From Callorhinchus milii (taxonomy: Eukaryota), in the NCBI RefSeq assembly GCF_018977255.1, contig NW_024704742.1, positions 29,328,001 through 29,392,000 of the forward strand: 64,000 bases of DNA. The letters are read 5' to 3'. A program made the translations under genes and the position numbers. Shown piece after piece: positions 13,630 to 24,400 of the stretch. Position 1 is the first letter of the stretch; each line of letters starts with the position of its first letter. The notes under the pieces were generated by a model, which ran no database searches, was not told the origin of the DNA, and saw only the letters and a program-made list of their open reading frames with translations.

Positions 13630-16600
13630 CTGTGAAGTTAAGAGCAACAAACAATGAGCAAAGATCCTCCCTGAATTACACAACCTGTTATTTAGATGGA
13701 AATTGGCATTAAAAACCAACTTGGTTATTGTGACTGGTGAGACAATGAAATAGCAACTCCAAAAAGGATCATTCTGTAATCACTCTTGCTGTACAATCTA
13801 TGCTTGAAATATATACCGTATTTGTAAATGTGAATTAATACCACAGCTTGCACTTATTAAGCACCCTTCACGTAGGATAACCTCTAGGAGCTATTTACAA
13901 AGAAGGCATTGGACAGCATAATAATAATAACAATCCTTGCATTTAGTCTAGCACTTTATCACGTCGTTGAGATGTCTCAGCACTTCACAGCATATATTTT
14001 AAAGTGGATTGACTGTGTAAGTTGTGGATGAAACATGCATTTTTATGGGCAAGGAAGCAGAGAGACCACTGGTCACACAGAGAAAGTACGTCACCGGCAA
14101 TATCTTGCACGATCTGCTTTCTGAATATATGTAAGTCTGCCTCCAGCTCACTTGCAGCCAGACAACAAAAGGAAAGAAAACTCGACTTTCAGAGCAACTA
14201 ATCACGTTGAAACATTTCAAACCATTTCATAAAGCACAATCATCATGTGTAGTGATAGTGACTATTTTGTACAGGGGAAATGGAGCGCCCACATTATAGC
14301 CACGAACCCAACGGAACCAGCAATTAAGTGAATGACTAATTAATATGGAGGATTACGGCTAAGAGACCGAGAGAAACTGCCATGTCTTTTCAAATGTCCT
14401 GGAATTTGTATCCTTGACCTTGGTTTAAGTGTCATCCAAAAGATGGCACCTCGGACAATGTATCGTTCCCCAAACACTGCACAAAAATGTCAGCCTTAGA
14501 GTAGATTATGAGCTCAAAGTTCCTACGTTGGGCTTGAACCTACCAACCTTCTGACCCAGAGGCAAGAGTCTTACCAACTGAGTCAAGCTGATACCCAGGA
14601 GGTTGAGTTAGTGGATCTCAGTCAAAGGAGCAGTAGATTTGCTATATATTGCCCTCGTCATCTGAACTGGGGAGGTGAAAATCAACCACATTCCTCGCTA
14701 TCTAGTGCCCCATCTAGTAGAAAATCAGGACAAGATATCAATGAAGGCACAATTGGGTTTGACGATGATGATCCTCACAGTTCAATCGCCTGCCAACATC
14801 CAGGATCACACGTGATAAATGGCTTCTTACGAGCAGTACCAAAGAGAGTCTGGCTCCCGCCAGCACAAATTCAGCACCTCCTCAAGAGAAATAGCTTTCA
14901 AAGAATACGATGCACCTTTCCTTTTAAATAACCCAAATTAAAATATAGTGGTTCTCTAAGAAAGAGAAGTGGTTGAACCTCAAATCTTGTGCAACTTCCT
15001 TTTGAATGTAATTGGGAGTAATTCGGTTATATAACGGTTTGCAAGTATGCAACCCTTACATAAGGCTGCGGAGAAAAAAAAAACATTGAACAAACTTAAA
15101 AAGCCGCACGCTTTTTGGACCAATTGTAAAGCAGCATTTCACCGAATCTTTGCATAAACAGTGCATGTGAACAATCATTGATGTTTGGTCCCGTTTCCTG
15201 CCAAATCAGAATTGGACTAGATCCAGCGGTGACCACACCGCACTACACAGGAAACCACAATATTTCACACTTGGAACTGGAAGGTCCAAAAAGTACAGCT
15301 TCACCACAGTACTGCACAAGTCACATACTCCAAACAAAATAATTCAAGGGCGCAGCTGAACTGCTTCTCTCTGCCAGACTGTTACAGACAAACTGATGAT
15401 TTATTTGCTCTGGCTATTTTGATGCATATTAACCCAGCATCCAAACACAACACAAACCTTGCAAGATGAACTCACTATTGAAAAGGCAATTTAGATTTGA
15501 GACAAAAGGGTCCTGCGGAATCATGACAAATCTGAATGCCCACCCCTCCTGTAAACGTTTTAGCCGCATTTTCCTTCCACTGAGAATCGTCAACTCAGCT
15601 CAGCTGGTAGAACGCTCACTTCTGAGCCAGAAGGCTGTGGGTTCAAGCCCCAGCGAGGAATTTGAACTCAGAGTCCAGGCTGGCAGTCTAAAGTATTAGG
15701 GAAGTGTGTAATTGTCGGAGATGTCATCCTTTAGAAGACACATTCACTTAAGGTCCCACCTACCTTTTCAAGAGCATTAAATGTCCCATGATACAGTTTG
15801 AAAAAAGAAGCATATTTCTCCCAGAGCCCTGGCCAACAATCCTCCAGCTCAGTGGTAGCCAAACCATGGACTGCGAGCCAGAAGTGGCCAACAGGGCCAT
15901 TAAGAAGTGGCCCGCCGAACATTCGCACTAGTCGAGGTGAATCCATTTTAAATCAATGTTTTGTTTCGAAGTGTTTTTTCTTGATTTATGGCATAACATT
16001 TATGGCATAAATCAAGAAATATTCAATCAAAAAAATGTATTTTGTTGGCCGACCAAAAAGGTTGCTAGATGTTCCTCATCATCTTTAACCAAAGCTCATT
16101 TCTCTAGCAAACGAAATGCCTAATAAAAAAATTATACATATACAAGATGGATTTGTACATGTTTGTAAAAATTACTCTGAAGGGGTATTGAGGTATGTTA
16201 AAATTATAAAAAATGTTAACTCCTAAAAAGCAACTATCCAATTTGTGGTAATCCATGCAGGTCAGACCGTTCCTTTAAACTTCCAACACCCATGCGTACA
16301 CAGAGCTTACGTGCACAAATACATTTTAAAATGGATGCTCGGAGGAAGAAAATACACAAATTATAGTTGCTACACATACAGCCCTCATATCCAGTCTCCA
16401 TCCTGCTTCTCATCAAAGTGGCAGGAATGAAATGCAGAGTTTAATTGCTACATGTACACAAAATGTAAATTGCAGACACATCCAGCAGCTTCCCCAACTC
16501 CACTCTACCACCGAACCTAATATTTAACAAAAGATATACTATATTTACTATTTCAAAAATAGGAAGCATAGGAAAAGAGAAGAAAAATACTTTTACAATT

Positions 16601-16927
16601 AGGCTTTTTTACTTCATCTTGCACACAGAGGGAGAGGTGAAATTATAGTGTAAGCTGTAGCTTTAAAAAGAAACTGCCGAAAGAATAGCAAACAGACAGA
16701 ATAAGTAGATCAAACATGTCTCAAAAAACAAAATAATGATTCTTTCTTTCAACTGATCAAGAAATGATATTTGCCACATTTGTTTTCCAAATAATTGGAT
16801 GTAGCTGCATAAGGAGAAACTACAAATAATCAAAATTATTCCAAGTAATGCAAACCTACATACAAACTGTCACTCAGCCCTTACAAATTCACATTAATTT
16901 TCAAATATCTCCAATATTGGATATTAC

Positions 16928-17806
16928 CTGAGCCAGTAGAAAAGTGCAGAAATATTTGGGAGAGATTTTGCAGAACTCTTTACAAATCTGTAGATAATCG
17001 AGGAGAAATTTGTTAAATTTTGAGGGAAATTGCGGAGGGTGGTATTGAGATGCATTTTGCTGCTAACCTACAATTTTTCCTCTTTTCTCATTTTCAAAAA
17101 TGCTTCATGCTCAGGAATAAGCTCCTTCAGGTATGTATTACAAAGCTGTGATGGTGTTGTGATAGTCCCTCCCTGTTTCGTGTACTTGCATAGAAACTCT
17201 TGGAAGGCAGGAGCCTTTTCAAGCGGTTTGTCTGCTCTAGTCAAACAAAGTCCAATATGAATTCTTGCCTCTCCATAGGTGGTGCAGTGGCTCTAGAGAA
17301 GCAGGTTGTCAGAGCAACTTGTCTTTGAGGTCCAGATCTACCTAAAAAGGAAAAAATAAAAATGAATCTTCATGATCATTTGTCGCTAGAAATGTTCTGT
17401 CTATTTGATTTTGTTTGCTGTGGTTGTTTTATGTGCTTTTAAAATTCAATCAAAAAGGGAGATTAACTTTTGTAATCATATAAATTAAGATTTTCTTTCA
17501 AAATTAAAGTGAAAGCAAACAATGATACATTTTCATTTAATGTTATATATATCAAAAGTATTTTACCTTCTTTTATTTTCTTTATTGCCACTGCCTTGTG
17601 TTCACGTTTCCGCTTCCGCAAAAATTCACCGGACGTGCGATCGGAGCCGCTCCGGCCACGGTAGTGGCATCGAGCAAACAGCGCGAGGGGCCTGGGGCAC
17701 TGTGGAAAAGTTTGTACCCAAGGAAGCCGGTGTAGCGGGTTTGTAGCGGGCGGCGCCATTGTGGAGGAAAATGCGGTGGTTTGTCCGCACTTTTCTATTG
17801 GCCCAG
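16928..17806 (-). mobile_element. Internally deleted hAT DNA transposon with a CGGBP1-like transposase remnant (copy 1)
   Basis: TIRs CTGAGCCAGTAGAAAAGTGCAGA / TCCGCACTTTTCTATTGGCCCAG (20/23 match). Flanking 8-mers GATATTAC / GATATTAA (7/8, hAT-length TSD). Minus-strand translation QRQVALTTCFSRATAPPMERQEFILDFV, then after a frameshift ADKPLEKAPAFQEFLCKYTKQGGTITTPSQLCNTYL, resembles the CGGBP1 C-terminal half. Confidence 0.8.
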
Positions 17807-18129
17807 GATATTAACGGCCCATATCGCTAGCATTTTCATTTTCATCACAGGTGAGAGGTAGTTAGAAAGCAACTGAGAGAAAGAGAAATTGGTTCCTTAA
17901 GTCAAAGCAGCAAATGAGGGAGAGCCAAACTGTGGAGGTCTCCTGGATCAATTCTGGCAATATCCCTTGATACTCCTCTTCATCATGGCATTGCACCAGA
18001 GTTACACAAGGTATTCAAACTGCTTCAATTTTAACACAGCTTATGTGCAAGATGAGAAAACGATTCTTCTTGCAAAGAGTAATAAGAATCTGAAATGTAC
18101 TACAACATCACCCTTCATGCAATATAATA

Positions 18130-18501
18130 GTCCTGTAGTTTAGTGGTTAAAGCACTCGCCTTGCAAGCAAGCGACCTGGGTTCGATTCCCGACAGGGCGA
18201 AATATTGGGCAAGTGTCCTTACTGCACAGGCCTCTATTTACCTAGTAGTAATTAGGAACACAGTTGTTAGTCGATTGGCGAATCGCTTTTCCGTGAGTAA
18301 TAATTCCTTCNAAAAAAATAATAAATTGGTCACTTTAATTCACAACTGTTTGTGAACAGTGCTGTGCACAACTGCCTGCCATGTTTCGCCCACAAAGTAT
18401 ACAGTCAATTCACTTTACAGTACATTCTGTGAAGCAAGTTAGATGTCTCAAAGACGTGATAAGGCGCTATATGAAATGCAAGGATTATTATTATTATTAT
18501 T
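18130..18501 (+). mobile_element. Full-length SINE, same family, lying between the two hAT copies
   Basis: Head GTCCTGTAGTTTAGTGGTTAAAGCACTCGCC, B box GGTTCGATTCC, tail (TTA)n. Confidence 0.85.
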
Positions 18502-18707
18502 TACGCAGGTCAGCATCTCAGAGCACTTACCTTAGAAACCATAGATGAGGAATCAGATGAAGGATTTAAGATAGAGATAGATACCTGGGCAGTAAAAAGG
18601 ATCCAGAGAAAAGGCGGGATTTTAAAAAAAAGGTTGTATGTCTTTGGTTTCTACTCTTCCTAATTTTCTACACAGAGCGAACTGAATCCTTGCATTTGAT
18701 ATACTGC

Positions 18708-21316
18708 CTGGTCAATAGAAAAATGCGGCTACAACCCCCGTCTGTAACAAACTCGCCATAAATGTAGTTTCTGGCCCGCGGGCCGCTCACGCTGTTTACC
18801 TGATATCACTGTGGGTGGAACCACTCCGGACGCGCATGCACAGTGCGGCGCAAGAGACAAATGGGCTTCACTCGAAGGCCCCGCTGCTGTGATTGTCTGC
18901 GTGTCTCTACGTTAGTGTCTACGTCTGTCCTATATGTGTGTGTGTTTATGAATGTCTCTGTGTGAATGTGTGTCTCTGTCTGTGTATGTATGTATCTTTG
19001 TGTCTACGAGTGTGTATGTGTGTGGCTGTGAGTGTGTCTCACTCTCTGTGTCTCTTTGTGTGTCTCTGAGTGTGTGTCTCTGTGTGTCTGAGTGGGTGGG
19101 TGTGTATCTCTCAACAACAACTTGCACTTATATAGCGCCCTCCACGCAGGGTAGCGTCTAAGAGCGCTTAACAGTGGCGGAGCCTGCCTCCAAGTCGGGG
19201 GGGAAGTGGCTGTAAGCATGGTCAAAGAGGAAGGTCTTCAGGCGGGACTTGAAAAAGGGGAGAGAGGGTCAAGGCGGAGGGATTGAGGAAGAGAGTTCCA
19301 GAATTTTGGAGTGTAGTGGCTGAAAGTGTAACCTCTGATGGTGGAGTGGAGAGTGCAAGGAACAAGCAGGAGGCCGGTGCCAGTTCGAGCAGATGTGACA
19401 TGTGGTGGATTAGGAAGTGAGGAGGTCGGAGAGGTAGTGAGGTGTCAGGGAATTAATGGATTTAAACACAATAGTGAGTAACTTGAAGTCGATCCATTCA
19501 GCGATGGGGAGCCAGTGGAGCCTGGCCAGAACTGGTGAGATGTGGGTACGGAGTTTGGTCCGGGCCAGTATGCGGGCGGCAGAGTTTTGAATGAGTTGCA
19601 TCTTGTGAATGGTAGAGCTGGGAGACCGACCGGCAAAGAGTGCATTGGAGTAATCCAAGCGGGAGGTAATAAACGCATGCGCAAGGGTTTCAGCTGCATT
19701 TGGGATAAGGTACAGTCAGAGGTGGGCAATGTGGCGGAGGTGGAAGAAGGCGGTCCTAGTCAGGGACCCGATGGGGGGGGAGGAAGGACAGTTGGGGATC
19801 AAACCGGACGGCTAGATTGCACATTGATTTGGTGAATCTGAGGGAGAGCCCAGGGAGGTTGAGAAGTTTAGATCCGCAGGAGTGAAGACGTTGACGGGTG
19901 CCAAGGAGTATGGCTTCCATCTTGTCCATATTCAACTGCAGGAAATTTATACTCATCCAGGCCCTGATGTCTGTCAGACAAGCAGATAGAACATCGGTGG
20001 ACCTGGAGTCAATGCTGGAGGAGGCAAAGTAGATTTGTGCGTCATCTGCATACATGTGGAAGTTTACCCCATGTCTGCGGATGATATCGCCCAGAAAGAG
20101 TATATAGGTGAGGAAAAGAAGAGGCCAAGGATGGAGCCGGGGTCACCTGCAGGTGACCGGGCGGAGACGGAAGGAGAAACCATTTGCTGAGATGAAATGG
20201 AGGTGGTTGGTTAAGTAGGACTCGAACCATGCAAGTGCGGTCCCACTAAGGCGGATGAGGGAGGAGAGATGGTGGAGGAGGATGGCATGGTCGACTGTGT
20301 CAAACGCGGCAGAGATCCAGGAGAATGAGGCAGAAGGAGCCCTGGTCACAGATAGAGAGGACGTCATTTGTGACTTTGACAAGCGCCGTCTCTGTGCTGT
20401 GGACAGAGCAAAAACCAAACTGCAGGGGCTCGAGGAGGGAGTGGAGGGAGAGGTGTGACCAAGTTGAGCTGCAACATTGCGATCCAGGACTTTGTCAAGG
20501 AAGGGTAGGTTGGAAATGGTAGGGTGAGAAATTAGAGGGATCGAGGGTGGGTTTTTGAGGATGGGTGTGATAACAACTGTTTTCAAGGGGAGTGGAACAG
20601 AGCCTGAGGAGAGAGACTGATTGACTGTGTTGGCCAGCAGTGGCGAGAGGAGGGGGAGTTGACTGACCAGCAGCTGGGTGGGGAGGGGGTCAAGGCAACA
20701 GGTGGTGAACTTTATACAGGTGATCATGGTTGAGAGGGGGCAAAGGGGTGTAAGGAGGGAGGACGATGCAGTCAAGTGGATGTTTTCAATTTTCTGGGAC
20801 CTCTTTGCACTTGGCGCTTGATGTGACACACACAAATACACACACTCACAGACACAGAGACACCCACACACACTCAGAGACCCAGAGAGAGAGAGAGACA
20901 CACACACACACACACACACACATAGTCAAGAGACACAGACTCTCGGTGTCTGTGAGTACGTGTCTCTCTCTCGGTGTCTGTGAGTATGTGTGTCTCGCTC
21001 TGTGTCTCTGTGTGGTGTCGGCGCTGAGAGGCAGGAGGTGGTGAGCTCCTGTAGCCTCACTGGTGTCGTTCTCCCCCACAAAAAAATGGCAACCCAGTTT
21101 TTGCTAAAGAAGCAATTAATCTTTTTCTGCAAGAATCTAATATTTGTTATTTCCTTCTGTTTAGTTTTTATCAATAAAATTAAAAAATGTAAAATGTACC
21201 TCAATAGCACCAATCAATCCCTGCAAATTTTAGCAAAGCCCTCCGCAATTTCCTAAGAGATTGGCAAAACACTCTGCATTTTGGGCAAAAATGTCCGCAC
21301 TTTTCTATCAGCCCAG
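18708..21316 (+). mobile_element. Second related hAT element (copy 2, opposite orientation) with a C-terminal transposase remnant and nested LINE and microsatellites
   Basis: Ends (c)CTGGTCAATAGAAAAATGCGG and TGTCCGCACTTTTCTATCAGCCCAG match the copy 1 TIRs; shared subterminal GGAAATTGCGGAGGG. Plus-strand fragments VDVFNF / SLHLALDV / GVGAER..VVSS resemble the hAT C-terminal dimerisation region. The element interrupts a SINE. Confidence 0.7.
19112..20765 (-). mobile_element. 5'-truncated L2/CR1-clade LINE with decayed reverse transcriptase ORF2
   Basis: Frameshifted RT motifs [63 protein letters not shown]; 3' tail ending in (TTG)n at 19112. Confidence 0.9.
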
Positions 21317-21635
21317 CTTATCACATCTTCGAGACATTTCAAAGCACCTCACAGAATACACTGTAAAGTTAATTGACTGTATATTTTGTGGGCGAAAGGT
21401 GGCAGCCAATTCCACACAGCAGTGTCCCACAAACAGTCGTGGTTTGAGTGACCCAATTTTTTTTATTCATTTTGAAGGAATTATTACCCCTGGAAAAGCA
21501 ATAAACCAATTGACTAACAACTGAGTTCCTACTTACTGCAAGGTAAACAGAGACGCGTGGAGTAAGGAAACTTGCCCAACGTTTGGCCCTTCCCGGGAAT
21601 TGAACCCAGGTTCTCTCGCTTGTGCTACAGGACTC
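21317..21635 (-). mobile_element. SINE whose 3' tail (18685-18707) is separated from the body by hAT copy 2
   Basis: aatccttgcatttgatatactgc (18685-18707) plus cttatcacatcttcgagac (from 21317) reconstitutes the family consensus aatccttgcatttgatatagcgccttatcacgtcttcgagac. Confidence 0.8.
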
Positions 21636-23005
21636 CAAACAAATTACTATCATATTCAATATTCCAGAGATTCTCACTTTGCTTTGAACAGCCTAATACA
21701 CTTTCTATAATCAGATGGCAACAAGATTCTTTTTAGGAGTTCAATTTTGGCCAGCAAAGAATGTGATGACATTATTTTGATCAAAAGTAGATCTGCCAAG
21801 TGTTTTGTACCTGAATCGTGCCAGGATTGCAGAAAAAGGCATTAGATGTTATCTTAAAATATTGAGCACAAGCAAAAGGCATTAAACTAGCTGCAGATTA
21901 AAATAGGGCTGATGCTGTTTTTATTGACGATAGAAGGTCAAACTAGCTACAAAGCACTATAAATAGACGGTTGTGTAGTTTCAGATAAATCTGGGCTCAG
22001 TGCACGAAGGGTGAGGTTTTAGATTTCATTAACAACATTACATCAGAAGTGTTCTCCCTCTCAAACACACAGACGGACTGGACTCATGCTCTTATTGCAA
22101 TGCCACCTGTTGTAAGTCAAACACAACTTTCACCAAGGTAGTCACTCATGGTTGTTTCCATTTATGGAAATGTGCGAAGCCAAATCATCGGATGGAAACA
22201 GCCGCCCGAATGGATGTGCACAACCCGGGCACAGTCAGTATATCTCTTCCTTACTGAAGGGGAGAGCAGCCAATTCTAACTAAACATTAACCCGCGACAG
22301 GGAAGAAGGGGAGGGCTGAGTATTTCAAAGAGAAGAACGTATTTAAATACAAAACGTGGCTTTGCAGCTTGCCAGAACAGGATGTAGACAAACTTTTTTT
22401 TAAAAAAACTTTTCAATTGATACATATTAATCATACCAACACCACCAAAAAAAAGCTTGTTTTTAGGGAGGATGCCTTTTGTACCGAAAGTGAGCAAACA
22501 GACTACTAGAGATTTCCAATTGCAAATTTATAGTACGTCAATTTCAGCTCCCATTTCTCCGCATTTTTAGGAAAGTTGTAAAGTTAAAGTACACAGAAAT
22601 CTAAGACGTAAAGTAGTGGTCAGGTTGTGCAGGAGCCTTTCGTCTCGGGTCACAGTCCATAACTGAATTGAATGGGTAACTGCCTCAAAATAGGACCTGT
22701 GAAAAGTGTCCAAAAAGTTCATTTGATTGTCAAATACACACACTGGAACCCTGAACCGCAATAACATTGAATTCCATGCAAATGTCTCATTTCAGAGAAA
22801 ACAGAACTCCTTCAAACCATACAATTTTTCACAACCGGTTGTAAAATCAAATGCCACACTTTTCTGTTCTCAAAATGTATTAAGAACACATTAATAAAAT
22901 CTACTACTGTCGATTTTATACAGTGTTTTGGGACACCCTCCCGACGTGAAAGGCGCTTTATGCATGTAATTTTGTACTGTACTGTATTGATAGCTATAAT
23001 AAATA

Positions 23006-23315
23006 ACAATAATCCTTGCATTTGATACAGCACGTTTCACAATTTCAAGACATCTCAAAGCGCTTCACAGAATATACTGTAAAGTTAATTGACCGTGTAT
23101 TTGTGGGCAAAACCCGGCAGCCAATTGCGCACAGCAGTGTCCCACAAACAGTCGTGGAATGAGTGACCAAATTATTATTGTGGGTTTTTTTCTTGAGGGA
23201 TTATTATCAGGCGTGTGGATTAAGGAAATTTCCCAAGGTTTTGCTCTCCCGGGAATCAAACCCAAGTCTCTCACTTGCGAGGCGAGAGCTCTAACCACTG
23301 AGCTACAGGACTCCA
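23006..23315 (-). mobile_element. Full-length SINE, same family
   Basis: Reverse-complemented head at about 23255-23315 and tail at 23006. Confidence 0.85.
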
Positions 23316-24076
23316 CAAGCTGACAATCTCTTTGGATGTATTGTATATGGAACTCCTCCCAAGGATACCAATATACAGTCAATTCACTTCACAGTATATT
23401 CTGTGAAATGCTGAGATGTCTCCCAAGACGTGATAAGGCACTATGCCGAATGCAAGGATTATTATTATTATTATTTGCTTGGCTAAGAATCTCAGCAAAT
23501 GCATACCACATATTCACCAAAGAGGACATGTAACATTTATTACGACTTGCTGGCCAGTTGGGGACAATACAGCGAGATAAATAAATAAACACGTCAGTTG
23601 CACACAGCCTTAAGCCATTTTCGCTATGCACAAGGTGTACAGAAGACATAAAAACCGAGTAGTTTTTCTTCGACGTGTTTGCTTCCTCGGGTACGTTTTC
23701 CAAGCCCGTGCGTGCGATGGGTTTGGAAGCTCGATTTTAAAACCCTGACTTCGCGCGTACGGTACTTACTTGTACATTATACCCGTGGGACGTTAAGATT
23801 ACTTCTGCTCTGAACTAATCAGCTTCGTGGTTGTGCGCTTTTCTTTGTCTCGCTATGCACTTGACCTGGTAGGGAGGGAGGGAGGGAGGGAGGCCATCCG
23901 CTGACAGTCAGCAGCTGAAAACTCTTCAGGAAACCAAACCAAACCACTAAAATCGTACTGGAAGTGAACCATTCGCATTCAGAACAGAAACAATAGAGTG
24001 GCTGCAGCATCTCGATCCCTCTCACGGTCTTTGCTAAACCTACAATTGAACTTTATTTCATGATTGTTTTTTTTTT

Positions 24077-24351
24077 GGGGGGGGTGTGGGGGGGGGTGTG
24101 GGGGGGTGTGTGGGGGGGGGGGGGGGGGTGTTGGGGGGGGGGTGTGGGGGGGGGTGTGGGGGGGGGGGGGGGGTGTGGGTGGGGGGAGCAGACGGGCTGG
24201 GGAATGGGAATCCAGTTTAGCATTTTAATGTGGCCTCGTATCTCGCGTGAAGCGCAGTGCGCGACTCTGCACTGAACCGAAGAGGAGAGAGCAACCATCA
24301 GCAGGTCGGAGGATAGAGAGAGAGAGACAGAGAGAGAGAGAAAGAAAGAGA

Positions 24352-24397
<46 letters not shown>

Positions 24398-24400
24398 AAA
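24077..24400. repeat. G-tract array (GnTGT) at 24077-24186 followed by (GA)n/(GAAA)n microsatellite at about 24312-24400
   Basis: Directly visible. Confidence 0.95.

Noticed and set aside
15850..16260. Possible hAT-Charlie left end (CAGTGGTAGCCAAACC...)
   Set aside because: No convincing right TIR or TSD was found, so boundaries cannot be supported.
19112..20919. Intact reverse transcriptase gene
   Set aside because: Multiple frameshifts and stops and 5' truncation; a dead LINE fragment.
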